NCBI GenBank assembly: GCA_037447605.1
Contig: CM074805.1
Location: 3,133,361 to 3,197,360 of the forward strand
Direction of reading: 5' to 3'
Origin: Zygnema circumcarinatum SAG 698-1b
Taxonomy: Eukaryota; Plantae; Zygnematophyceae
Length of the DNA: 64,000 bases
Below are positions 25,521 through 37,487 of the stretch, one piece after another. Every line of letters begins with the position of its first letter. The stretch's first letter is position 1. The position numbers were made by a program, and so were the translations under genes. The notes beneath the pieces are model-generated. The model was given only the letters and a program-made list of their open reading frames with translations. It did not search any database and was not told the DNA's origin.

Positions 25521-25810
25521 ACCATTGCAAGAATTTTGAACCATTGTTTCGCGACCAAGCCAACATTTGCCAATGGTCGGAACCATTAGATTCAATCGTT
25601 GCCAAATTGCCAATGGTTGCGAACCATTGCCGCCGGACCGAAACAACCATTGTCGGCGGACCAAAACAACCATTGCCAATGGTTCCAACCATTGTCAGCG
25701 GAAGAATTGCCAACGACTGCATCCATTAGATCGCAATGGTTGCCAACCATTGGCGTGGTTGCGAACCATTGGACGACTAACCATTGCTATCCAATGGTTG
25801 TCCAATAGTT
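25521..25810. repeat. Array of roughly 15 AACCATTG/CAATGGTT motifs in alternating orientation (palindromic units)
   Basis: Units CAATGGTT-GCG-AACCATTG (25611-25629), CAATGGTT-CC-AACCATTG (25677-25694) and CAATGGTT-GCC-AACCATTG (25734-25752), plus partial copies. Confidence 0.8.
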
Positions 25811-26210
25811 GCCGATCCATCGTCCGACCTGTGGAAGGTACACGAAGCACATCCAACGTTTTTAAACCTCTAGAAACTCCCAATGGCCAACAAAAGGTCA
25901 TGAGCGCGTCATGACTCATGAGAGGTCGTGTTATTGCCATGTCCATGGCCATGGGCCGTGGTCGGTCTGCAGTGACGTCCCCCTCCCTCCCTCCCCGCAC
26001 TGCCCCGCCCTGGAGGCGGCGGCCCGTCGCATGCTCCATGCCGCCGTTCGTTGTTTCGTTGCCCGCAATTTTTGGAGTTCGTCAGGGGCCGCGCCGCATG
26101 GAACCCCCCGTGGGCGGGCGGGCGGGGGGGAGGGATCCACGTGACGCGACGCGACGTGACGTGAGAGCCGCGGACTGCAGAACTGTCCTCCAGGTACTGT
26201 ATAGTGCTGG

Positions 26211-26219
26211 AAACCCTAA
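26211..26219 (+). promoter_or_regulatory. Telo-box AAACCCTAA upstream of TOM9; site II-like TGGGCC at 25952-25957
   Basis: Exact motifs, 130-400 bp upstream of the ATG. Both motifs are known from plant promoters of translation and mitochondrial genes. They are short and could be chance matches. Confidence 0.35.
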
Positions 26220-26350
26220 AAGCGCTGCCATTTTATCATTCCACGGCTGCTATTTGCCATCCGCCTTCACCCTTTACTCTTCGGAATCCGTATCTCTGGT
26301 CGTCACAATTACTTTTGAATTTCGTCCTTCTGAACGTCAATTCGTTCCGG

Positions 26351-27259
26351 ATGGCGCAGTCTTGGTACGCCAAATTGGTTCATCAGGTACAAATCTTTTC
26401 TGTGCATGCAGGAACTCTATAAGTCCTGCATCTTGGAAACGCTTCCTTATCACTTGATAGGCAGAACTTGAACTTACTCGCTTCTGTGGTGTCGCTCTGA
26501 ATTCAATTGATCTTTGGAGATCCAGCTGCAGTGACAGTCTCGTAGTGGGCACGGATGTCTAGGGTTCTTTGGACCAGCCACTTCTGACTTAATGTGCGAG
26601 AATACAATCAAGCATCATTCTGTCAAAAAAGGATAATAAATTCTCCTTAAATACGGGGATTGAGACGTTGGTGTATTGTAGCGAGTTGTTTGATCATTGG
26701 TTGAGCTTGAGAATGAGCACGAACAGAGTTACATATCTGAACTCTTTGAGAATGTGTGATTCGCCTTGTAGTTTCTGAACTCGTTCACGCCTTTTCTGTT
26801 CGCCTTCATTGGTTGAGTTTGCGCTGTTAGATTAGACTGTTGGGTAAGACTGGATAATGTTTTTCATTTTCCGCCGTGAAGGATGCTTTCATCTATCGAG
26901 CAGGACTTGCTCGCTGGATAATGCTTTTGACGGACCCTGGAGCCTATCTCTCCCCTCCCCCCCCCCCACACAAAGAACGCTGCTTGAGTATCTCTGTATG
27001 TAATACAAATGTATTCTTATTCCAGATGCGGAATTCGTGGACCGTTACCAAGTCCCAGCGACTGGCTGCTGATAGTGCCCACGTGACGAAGAAGCTTTTG
27101 TGGAGTACCGGGAAGGCAGCGTGGATCGCTGGGACCACAATCTTGATCCTTGTAGTCCCTTTAATCATCGAGATGGACAGAGAGCAGCAGCTCCTCGACA
27201 TGGAAACACAGCAAGGGCTTCTTGGCGCACCTCCCCCACAGACAGCAGCACTTAAGTGA
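26351..27259 (+). CDS. TOM9: Mitochondrial import receptor subunit TOM9 (plant TOM22 homologue); exons 26351-26386, 27026-27259
   Basis: [68 protein letters not shown] matches the conserved [27 protein letters not shown] motif. Confidence 0.92.
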
Positions 27260-27893
27260 CCTGTTTGAATTATGGACAGAGGTTTACTTTTTACGAGAAA
27301 CATGTCTTCGAACAGTTCGCGCAAGAGTTAACCGAGATGCTTGACGGAGCGAATGCGGTTTGCTTTCATCGCTGTGGTTGATGGAGGCTGGCAACGCTGG
27401 TAACTCATGTGAAAATAACCAATCAACTTCAGGAAGCACGGCAGTTTGATTTTTTGGGTACAGTGGCGATTCTGGCAGGATTGGTATTTTCAAGGCGACG
27501 AATTTGTGACAATGCTATGTTGCAAAGTAACAATTGCGCCGCAGAAACGTGGCCCATTGCCTGCAGCCTGCCTGTAGCCTGCCTGTTCTAGCAGCAGTCA
27601 ACTCTCTTCTTGTCAGATGCTTCCAGCACTGCATTCACTTGGCAACGATGTTCAGATTTTCTGAGAGATGTTATACTGACTTTATGTCATTCTTGTAGAT
27701 TTGCTCCAGTTTTCTCAGTATTTCACTTGATGCTGCAAGCAGGCTTGTAAGGCAACTGCTAGAAAAGCAAGGATCGCACTGTAATGCGTCAAATACTTGG
27801 AATTTGTGTTGCCGACTACTTTGTTGCAAAAATATTGTCAAGCACGATGTCTGGATTCTGTTCTGGCTCAACATCACATACACTTCAATAAGT

Positions 27894-27959
27894 TTACAAT
27901 TCAAAAATTCCTTCCTTCTCCGGAAGTTACAATTAAAAAATGCCTTCCTTCTCCGGAAG
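27894..27959. repeat. 33-bp tandem duplication (2 mismatches)
   Basis: TTACAATTCAAAAATTCCTTCCTTCTCCGGAAG / TTACAATTAAAAAATGCCTTCCTTCTCCGGAAG. Confidence 0.85.
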
Positions 27960-28601
27960 GCCTTTGTTCAGTGGCAATCACCTTCATACATATCGCGAAG
28001 ACGTGTCTGGAGGGGGGAAATGGTTTCTGATGGTATCAATATCTGCAATGCCATTCAGGGCTATTGCCTACACCATAGTGAAGGATTTAATTTTTCGAGT
28101 TGATTTCTTAATTTTTTTTAAAAGTAACCAGCACGCCATGAACATCTAGTTGTTGCATTCAGACGCAAATGGATCAGGGAAAGCAACTGGTTGGCATTTC
28201 ACAATAGCTCCCTGGCAGTTGAGAGCATGCCCCAATCAGTGGTCTGACATTAAACACGCGCGCAGGTTCGTCCAAGTTTACAAGGCGAGGGTGTCACCCA
28301 GTCATACAACAACACATAGACATAAAATTCACCCGGCATATGGGTGCACTTTCCAGGTGGCCTTCGCCTCTCCGAGACACAAATAGACAACCAGCAGCCT
28401 TCAATGGTCTATATGAAGGCGAACAATGGAGATTGTGAACTAAACGAAGGACTTCCAGCTTCAAAGTTACACACTATTTACAACAAAATGAGAAGTTGCT
28501 TGCACCAAGAGTCACTCGGCAGAACAGGTTATCCCATTGAAGAAAGAATCGTTATGACAATGCAATTCACTCTCCTGTTGTTCCTCCCTCTCGCTATATA
28601 G

Positions 28602-29807
28602 TTAGGCATACTTTTGGACAAGAAGAAGCAACTTGTCCTTACTAGCTCCCACCAGTTCATCCGCCTTTTCTCCGTTTACGAAGACCTGAAAGGTAGGCAT
28701 GGCAGAAATTCGGCACTCCTCTGCGACTTCCTGCATCAGGAAAACGAGAAAAACATACCCTCATTATACTGCGAGTAGGGTTCTGTATATTTGAGGGATT
28801 GAATTTGACATCGCTCAGGAATATCCAGCAAGTTGCCACCAATGCAGAATATGCTTCACACGTTACACATTGTGAAATAAGAATCCAAATTCCACAATCA
28901 CAGTGAATGCAGAATGTTTGAACGTCCCTTCCGCCTGCACGCCCTAAATAAATGCCCACTACTCGCTGTGACATTCATCACCGATGGCACTATACCAGCA
29001 CATGAAACTAGAACAACGACGAAGAGGAAGCATAGACACCCACCCCGACGTCATCGACGTCCACCTTCAGGAACATAATGCTGGGGTACTTCGTAGAGCT
29101 GCAAAGACCAACACCGATACACAGCGTAAGAGAGATGAGATGTCAATGCACAAATTCCTCGAGAATCTCACATCATGCCACTGTTCAGTGAGGGCGGCAA
29201 AAGTTTTTTTCAGCTGAGATAGTACTCTCTAACGCAAAAACTGGGTGAAACTTGCCAGGGCGGAAAGCCTTCTAGCAGATGCTCATATATCGCAGCGTCG
29301 GCAGGAGCAACATCGTATCTGGGACATTTGGCACTCACAGCTCAGCGAAAATAGGGCCTATGACCCGGCAAGGGCCGCACCAGGTTGCAGAAAAGTCCAC
29401 GATGATCTGAAGGGACACAGAGACAAAGATTGCACTCATGGTCATACGCAAGAGACCAATGAAAAAGCGCGAGAGCACTCAACAGCATTAAGCCAAAACA
29501 TTAACAACCTTTCATAGGATACTGAAACTCGTGAAGTGATTCAAACTCCAACCAAAGAATTGACGGCGAAAGAGTCGGATCCAAAGAGGAACGCTATGGA
29601 AGAAAGAAACCCGCTATCTGTCATAAATAGCTGCTCCAGGGCATATAATCCTCGCAAGCACACTAGGCCAAGGAGACCGAAAAGGCCATGGTTAAGCCTG
29701 TAGGGCAAGTGCAGCCTCACCACTTTCGCCTCGTTCTTTGACTGCACCATCAACGAATCCCACTGCTCCTTGGAGCCGACCACGATCACGGCACCATGGC
29801 CTGCCAT
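28602..29807 (-). CDS. TRXH: Thioredoxin h-type (WCGPC); four exons starting at 29807, 29406, 29098 and about 28730
   Basis: [112 protein letters not shown]. Confidence 0.95.
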
Positions 29808-31326
29808 CCCTTCCGATTCTCCGCTCCCGCACCGCTCACGCCTCAAAAAAGCGGAACAGACCGCTTCCCTGACGCTGGAAATGCGGCGAGAGAGCGTGGA
29901 GACGAGCTGCTACTCCTGCAGAGCGAGAGAGGCGGAGGGAGGGAGGGAGGGAGGGAGGGAGGGAGGGCGAGCGATACAGGCCAAGTCGCGCGGTTAAACT
30001 ATGGCCGTCTACTTGCAGCGTGCCTGCCTTTCTACTTGCTGCCGCGCGGTGGTACTTGGGGAGGGGCAGCGCTGGCGCGCTCTTGGAACACGTTTTGGCA
30101 TTTTCTAGCGAATTGACCGCGGTTGAACACGCGGCTTTGGAAGTGGAACTTCGCCGGTTGAGTCTTTGAATTCTTTTTTATTTTGCGTGTGGTTCAAAGG
30201 TTAAGCAGGTTCAATCACGTGTGGACTCCGCTTAGTTTCCGCCCTTGACCAAGGCGACGGATTCGGAAGGTCGTCGCTGTGGTTAATCCAGGATCAACTA
30301 CGCGTGCGACGATGATCGCTGCACTGGACTCGTCGTTGAACCTTGACATCGAAATGCATATGGACCGAGGGCGTCACTTTGGAACCACGGCAATGGCGAG
30401 CAATGTTACCCGTGGATCCAAAAACGAACGATGTGAGCACGATTCAAACTCCGTTGTCCAAAGTTCAACTTGAACACGAGTCCCAACCAAAATGAAAGTA
30501 TCCTACGTGGCATTGATCCCAACCAAAATCATTCAAATTACATTTTTTTTGTACTTGGGACTCGATCCAACATCAGTTTCCTTTTTTTCTTGGGACTTAG
30601 CCCGCAAGTCGAGTAAATAACATTTCGACGTTTTCGAAATAATCAAATAGCGCTCCTGGTACGCTACATATCTTGGCTCTCACGAAAGAGGTCGCGACAC
30701 GTGACGGCCCCTGATTGCTTCTGCGACCTCGCTCAGCGTCGCATGGTCAAAACCGGTCGCCCAAGGAGCCGCCACGCGGCCTTCAAGGCCGCCCGTACGG
30801 TAAGTACGAACGTACGGAACATTGGAAACTGGGGCGAAGCTGCGCCCCGGCATCATCGCGAGCCTTCGTTTTGGGCAGAGGAAATCACTGACGAAATTGA
30901 GATTACGGAAATTAAATTTAGGGGCCCTTCCGCTCGTCTGATTGGTCGGTAAAGAGAATACGGAAGTGGCAAGTGCAAAGAGGACAGCTGATTGGACTGT
31001 TCATGGGACGAAGTGCTGCACAATAAAATTGGCCTCAAGATGAAAGCCCCCTTGAAGCTTCCTCCTGGAGCGGAGCGGCGGGCGGTCTGTTAATTGCATA
31101 AGGGCTGAAAGAAGAGGGAGAGCGAGAGTGTGAGAAGTGAGGAAGTTTTTTAAACGGCGAGGAGAAGGAGCACTGATTGTTGTATAGTGAAGGCATAACT
31201 ATTGGAAGAGGACTTGCAGCCGTCGTCGAGCTATACGCTGAGCGGACGAGGGTTTCAAGGGAGTCTGAGAGAGGTCGTGCCTTCACAGCAGCGATAGGGA
31301 ACCAGCTGAACCGGCCGGCCACAGCA

Positions 31327-31705
31327 ATGTCTCTTGCTAAGGCACAGAAGCTGGTGGCGGACAACGCAGTCATGGTGTTCAGGTGCATGCTCTTTTGAGA
31401 ATTTCACGATGCAGTTCAGTTCGCAGGTGTGAAAGATACGAATGTGAAGTGCAACGCAGGACAAGGAGCTGTTCCTTGGCGTCGTATGGATATTTGTACT
31501 AAAGCTTGTTCATTTATGTTCATTTAATTATGTTGGATTTGACGGAATCGATCAAGCGAGGGAGGCGCAGCAGTTGATAAAGGAAGGCTTTTGTGCGTTA
31601 AAGATTTTGTGTTCAATTCGTGACTTTTTTTTGTTAGAATTTTTTTTTCAGAAAGACTACCCAGTGAGTTTCATGATGAGTACCATTTTCATGCAATCAT
31701 GAAAA

Positions 31706-31771
<66 letters not shown>

Positions 31772-32715
31772 GAGATTGGTATTGAGACGAAAAATGTTTA
31801 TTGGCTGGACTCACAGCCTGTTTTTTTTTTTTGGATTTTTCTTACAGCAAGACTACTTGCCCATACTGCTCGAAAGTCAAGCAGCTTTTTCGGAGTCTTG
31901 GTACTTCTCCAAAGGTGAGCTATATAGCCATTGGTGATGTTGTAGGAACTTGTCGTACCATCATTGAGATTGTTCAGCGGAAAATCATCACGGATTTACT
32001 CGGCTCTGTTAGTCTGTACGTGTGTTGTTCCTCGTTTCACATGTACAGCTATGTTCAACTGTGGAATGGAATGGAGAAGTGGGAAAAATAGCCTGACTTT
32101 TTTTGTGATTTCTTTCTTTATATTATGGTTGTAGTTTTATGAACTCGACGAAGAAGCTGATGGAGGTGATGTTCAAGGAGCACTAGCTCAATGGACTGGC
32201 CAACGCTCTGTGCCCAATGTCTTCATTGCGGGGAAGCATATTGGTGGCTGTGACAGTAAGTCTTTTCTTTGGAACATTAGTTGCTACTCATTATTATGCG
32301 AGAGTATTGCATTTGCATTTGCATTTAGATGCTTCATTTGCTGCGCGAGGATTACTTTCTTGGTTTTATTGCTACATCCGGTAACGTGTTGCGTCTGTGC
32401 CTCATTAAGGCATCGTGTTATGCATGAATAGGCAGTGGGAAAACTAAGCCTTATGAAAAATCAGTATAGCAATGGCTGTGAAACAAGCTCAGGCCATTGC
32501 TCTGAATACCATTGTAGAATGAAGAAGAAAGCAGGACATGAAGGTGGTCTGGCAGTGGTAGCTTTCCTCCTTCCTGGACGTCCTCTGGTCCATGGCTCTT
32601 TGCCTAATTGATTTATCGAGAATCTATCTTGTTGCTTTTCCTGTTTGCAGACACGGTTGCTCTTCACAGCCAGGGCAAACTTGTCCCTTTGCTCAAGGAA
32701 GCTGCTGCTGTTTGA
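31327..32715 (+). CDS. GRXC: Class I glutaredoxin, CPYC active site (GRXC1/C2-like); four exons
   Basis: MSLAKAQKLVADNAVMVFS/KTTCPYCSKVKQLFRSLGTSPK/FYELDEEADGGDVQGALAQWTGQRSVPNVFIAGKHIGGCD/NTVALHSQGKLVPLLKEAAAV*. Confidence 0.95.
31708..31770. repeat. (AAT)21 microsatellite in glutaredoxin intron 1
   Basis: Read directly from the sequence. Confidence 0.95.
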
Positions 32716-33318
32716 AGATCCTTGTCCACAAGTTTGAAGTTTGCTTTGGCTCTCATTTGCTGTGCTCAGCTATCGCGATGCAGAGGGGTTCCCGCAGATT
32801 GCTGGCAAGTCGCAAAGAGACCTAGACACAGCGATCTTGATATGCTTTAGCTTAGGGTTTTGGGCCGTAGTGTGTGAATGTAGTCTTGTTGTTTCGTTTT
32901 TTGAACAGCAATTGTGTGTGACGATATATATATTTGCTACGACTTCAACCTCCTCATTTGATGGCCTTGCCATCGTGAGATCAATGCCACATCGCTTTCT
33001 TCAACCTCTATCTAATCCCAACAGGCAATGTAGTACCGCCCTCAACTTGTCAAGGATTCTCTCGAGCATGAATGCCTATGAGTATCGCAAAAGGAAACTG
33101 AAACAACTGTCGAAACTCCCCATCCAATAACCCAATTCAAAAGAGATAGTAAATGGAGAAATGGAGAAATGCTCGATTTTGCATGACAACCGGGAAAGAC
33201 TTCTAAACTAGCCATCATGTTCTTTTCAGCTTCATCGCCCTGACAAAAACAGATCTGGAGACAGCTCTCGATGCAGCTGAGAGGTTAAATGAAACGTGAA
33301 AAAATTGCACTGCTAGTC

Positions 33319-35761
33319 CTAAACAACACTAAAAATGTCGATTTTCTTCGACTGCATAGGCGGAAACTTCTGCAAGCCCCAAAACATACGTCCAGATTTT
33401 AGTGAGTGTTGATCTTGTATGCAGGTCCATATCTTCATCACGCCTTCCTCCGAAACGTGGATCCATTTTCAAACTTAAACTCTTGAAGTTATTTCTGGCA
33501 TCCCTTGAAGGGCTAAAGCGCAAAAGTGGCCGATGACACATCCTCACCTTTTCTGAGTCAATTGCCGCGAGTGTTTTGCCTTCCGCTCGCTTGTCAAACA
33601 ATATCTTCAATATCTGCATATCCCCACACAAGAGAAGTCTGACTAGTGTCTGCCTGTTTGTGCCAGATGCAATCCGTCACTTTAGGTCCACTACAGAGGC
33701 AAGGATACACAGGCGTTCAGCGGCCGCTCTCGGCAAACAGTACAAAGGAATAACGCACGGAGTATTCAGGAGTTCACATGACTGGGGACTCACCAACGTG
33801 GCGACATCGGCCCGCGTGATGACTCCCACAACAGAACTGTCCTCAGTCAATATGCCACTTCCCGTTGCAGCCTGCGCCAATCCTCAGGCAGCGCACAGTG
33901 ACGAACAATCACGCGCCAAGCACCACTGTCATCAGCAGGACATGAAAAACTAAATCTTTACAGAAATTCAAAAGCTCGTTTAGTTCTTACGAGCACCGTG
34001 TAAAGGGACAAACTGTACACACAAACACTCGACAGCGGAGTCAATCGAGTGCTCGGGACGTTGGGTCAAGGTGGTGGGCTCAGGAAGAGAGCAGATGGTC
34101 ATACGTCAGAAAGAAGCCCTCCGGGCCTCACAATGGTCCACGCCAAGCCACTGCTGCGGAGAGCCTCCTCCGCTTTCTCCTTCTCCTGGAGCACTAACCC
34201 CAGCACTTGCATAGTTTTCTCGTCAACTGCAGAAGCGCTGTCACCCGCACCAATGCTCGACACCTGAAAACACACCCAGCATTAAAGCGAACAAAATTTA
34301 GAAAAAGGGGGAAAGACAGGGATATGTGATGACGGATAAGTGAAATGGATGGTTGGTCTTTGGAAGGACTCACCAAAAGGAACCTGGAGACACCCGCCTT
34401 TTTGGCAGCATTGATAGCGTTGATGGCTCCCTCCTGGCCCTCCAGCGGACCCCTCCCTAACATTTTACGAGCTAGGATAACGTAATACTTCATGCAAAAA
34501 AACCATAGAAAGGCACAAATAACTGCTGCTACAAAATCCTCGAAAAGTTGCAAACTCAATCTGAAAGCCGCCAACCATTGGAAAGTCAACTTAGGCAACG
34601 TAGACTGTGAAATGTACTCACAGAATCAACTTTAACGTTCTGCAGTCCGCCGCCTGCAGAACCCCCCTTCCACGCAGAGGAAAAATGTGAATTCTCAATG
34701 GCCCCACTAAATGAAACTGAATGATGAAGGGGGCACTATCAAGCTGCAAGCTTTGATGAAAATGGACTAAGAAACGATGCTTATGGAGCTCACCCACTGT
34801 GCACACAACTGCATCAAACGAATTGGAGCGCAATGTTTTGTCCAATGTCTCCGGTGCCATCACATCTCCGATATTGAGCATGGCTCCAAGCTGCTCAATC
34901 TCCTTCCGGAACTTATCACCCCGTTGGAATGCAGTCACCCATGAACCAGCTGTCGCCAGCTGGCGTACCACATCCATCCCCAGACCTCCCCCACCAACTA
35001 CAAGCACTGTGGAGCCAACACATAGCCTCCAGAGCAAGGGAAGGTTAAGAGACTAAGTGTGTCGGAAAAGAAAATGTTGAACTTCAAACAGAAAGAGAAA
35101 AGCTCATAGCTACGTCGTACCTCAACAAGCTGCTCTACAAGCAGCATTCCTTCTCTATTGTTTCAGTGGTTATTGCACTTCAATGTATTCCTTCTTATCC
35201 ATCATTTGTTTGGAGTTCTTGGGCGAGTACCCTATGGCCAGCCAATCCAATTCTTGTCTCTCAGTTTTTCAGCGTGGGCTTACTTATCATGAGTAACCAG
35301 CTTCGCATGCTCTCCACTCGAAAAACCATCGCATTTTCAATTTAAAACGCTCCCTTCCTTCGTGTATGTTAAACATTTTGTTGTTCTTTTGACAATTCTC
35401 CTTTCAAACCTCCTCATAGTGATAAAACGAGACATACATACTCCGACTCCAAGCTCCAAGCCCTGCCCACTTCAGCTCCAGCAAAGGAGGCCTTACCAGT
35501 GGAGTTGTCAATGGTCACAGGCTCCGCAGTTTCAGCCGAAGCCTTTACGTAACAAGTCCCTCCTCTAGATGGCTGCTCCACTAGTCTCTGATTAAAGCGG
35601 CTCTGGAATCCACTTAGAGGGGAAAATCTGCCGGAGCTCCGCAGTGCTAGTAGCCTCCCATGGGTGCTGTAGTTTGATGTTCTTGCAATCGCTAACCGGT
35701 GATAAGAGGAGGCACAAAAGCATGTAAGCAAGTTAGAGAAACCAATGCTGAGCTTCAACAT
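33319..35761 (-). CDS. Plastid-targeted atypical SDR / NAD(P)-binding Rossmann-fold protein (cyanobacterial-type); multi-exon
   Basis: Ser/Arg-rich transit-peptide-like N-terminus, then TVLVVGGGGLGMDVVRQL, AINAAKKAGVSRFLLVSSIGAGDS, EKEKAEEALRSSGLAWTIVRPGGL, ATGSGILTED..GVITRADVA and KTLAAID. Last exon KFPPMQSKKIDIFSVV*. The start codon is approximate. Confidence 0.85.
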
Positions 35762-36403
35762 AGGCGACGGTAACAGTGGAGAATGAATTATTGGCTCCAG
35801 TCTTACAGCGTCTTGAGAGAACATTACGTTCCTGTTTTTTGCACCAAAATCGATTAAGCTGCTTCCTCACCAGGCGCAGCAAGAGCTTGGCAGCCGGCTT
35901 GCATGGTGCGGTCGTTCCGTTTCAGTTCAGTTGACCCAACCACTGTCACCCGAGACGCCACGTGGCACTCAGACATACCGCCACAAATGCAGCGACACCC
36001 TTTACAATGCTAGGCTTCTCTTCGCTTAAACCCTTAATTAAGAAGGCCTGGCAGGCGCTGTCAGCTCTCTTGTTCTCCGTGCCCCTCAGCCTTCCGTCTT
36101 CTCGCAGCATTAAGAATAGCAAAACCCTAAACCCTTGTGTTGCAGGAGCAGCTCCGGACTCCCCCTCACACAGCAAAGCCCGCCGGACTCACCGGAAGGC
36201 GAGACGCGCGGCAGCAGGGGCGCAGCGACGCCAGCGAGGGCGCCCGCCATGGCGACAGCTCGCACGCACGCAGGGGCGCAGCGACCAAGGGGAGCCCGCA
36301 CGTGCGGCGGCGAGGCAGCAGGCGGCCACGTCAGCACTCGTCGCGGCTCTCTGGGCTGCGTCCCTCCGCCCCTGCGTGCGCTCCCCGCGAGCGTGGCCGT
36401 CGT

Positions 36404-36433
36404 GTGACGTCATGTGACGTCATGTGACGTGAC
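36404..36433. promoter_or_regulatory. Tandem GTGACGTCAT x2 + GTGACGTGAC (two palindromic TGACGTCA CRE/C-box cores)
   Basis: Seen directly, upstream of the NAD(P)-binding gene. A bZIP-site role is inferred. Confidence 0.4.
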
Positions 36434-36595
36434 TGGTAAGGTAGTGTGATGGCGTGGCTCGGGGGATTGCTCGCTCTGTTGGGGCCACGTTCAGCTCAGC
36501 GCTGTTCAGTCAATCGCAGTTCTGTTCAGTTTCGCTCGTCGCCGTGTACAGTAGTTGGGAAGGGCGAGCGCCTGTTCCGTGCAATAAGCGTCGAG

Positions 36596-36615
36596 CCAAT
36601 GGGAACGCGACACGT
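36596..36615 (+). promoter_or_regulatory. ERSE-like composite CCAAT-N10-CACGT
   Basis: CCAAT gggaacgcga CACGT. Confidence 0.4.
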
Positions 36616-37487
36616 CCGTAGCGGCATGTAGGGACGGCACATCGGGACGAACATCATGACGTGTCAAATCGCTTTGGGACGACGTTTTTTCGAAAGCACT
36701 AACTTCGGACTTCGCTTTCACAAACTATTTTGCAGGCAGGCCTGTACTGGTTTTGTAATCGATTTTATCGGGAAAGGCCAATGATTGACACGCAGTGACA
36801 AGCCAAACACGCGAGGGACGACCATGTACAACGTGAACATTTTAGAACATGAACACGAACACTAATCTGAGACCGCACGCACAATTTGGCGAACATGGGC
36901 GAGCGTGTGCCGCACGACCATGGACATCACGAGCGGCATAAACATGAGTGCTGAGAGCGACATGGAGCATGAGTCACGTGAACAAATCAAACATGCGCCA
37001 CCCGAGGGGTTGACGCAGCCGCCGCATGTTCGCGTGCAGACGACATCTGCTGCGTGTAGCCTAACTATGAACAGGGTGTGCAGGCGATGGAGCTTGCAGA
37101 GAGGGGCATGAGGTCGCTGTGGACTAGCCAACACTGGCAAACTTCCTAAACTATCAAAGTCCTAATCATATGTCGCTACGACATATCAAATTCCTAACCT
37201 TGGGTAGTTCCTCAGAGAACTCCTGACCGGCGATCGTTACTTAAAAGTTCGTAGTCTAATCAAGGGTAGTCATTAGCCACACTGCAACTTGGGCCCATGA
37301 AAGGTGCATCGAACACATGGGAACTGAACCCTAAAACAGGTTCAGGCCGCCCAGCGCTCACTCGCTTCGCGGGCTCGCTGCCGGGCTGCTCTGCACCCTG
37401 CACGCCCTCTCTTCTGAAAGACAAAAAAATCGAAAAGCCGCCGTTACGCCCTCAACACCGTGGGCAAGAGTCTGCTCCGACGCCATT

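Noticed and set aside
25521-25810. CRISPR-like array interpretation of the palindromic repeats (also the 60-bp repeat at 21021)
   Set aside because: No constant repeat length, no unique regular spacers, no cas genes, and a eukaryotic context.
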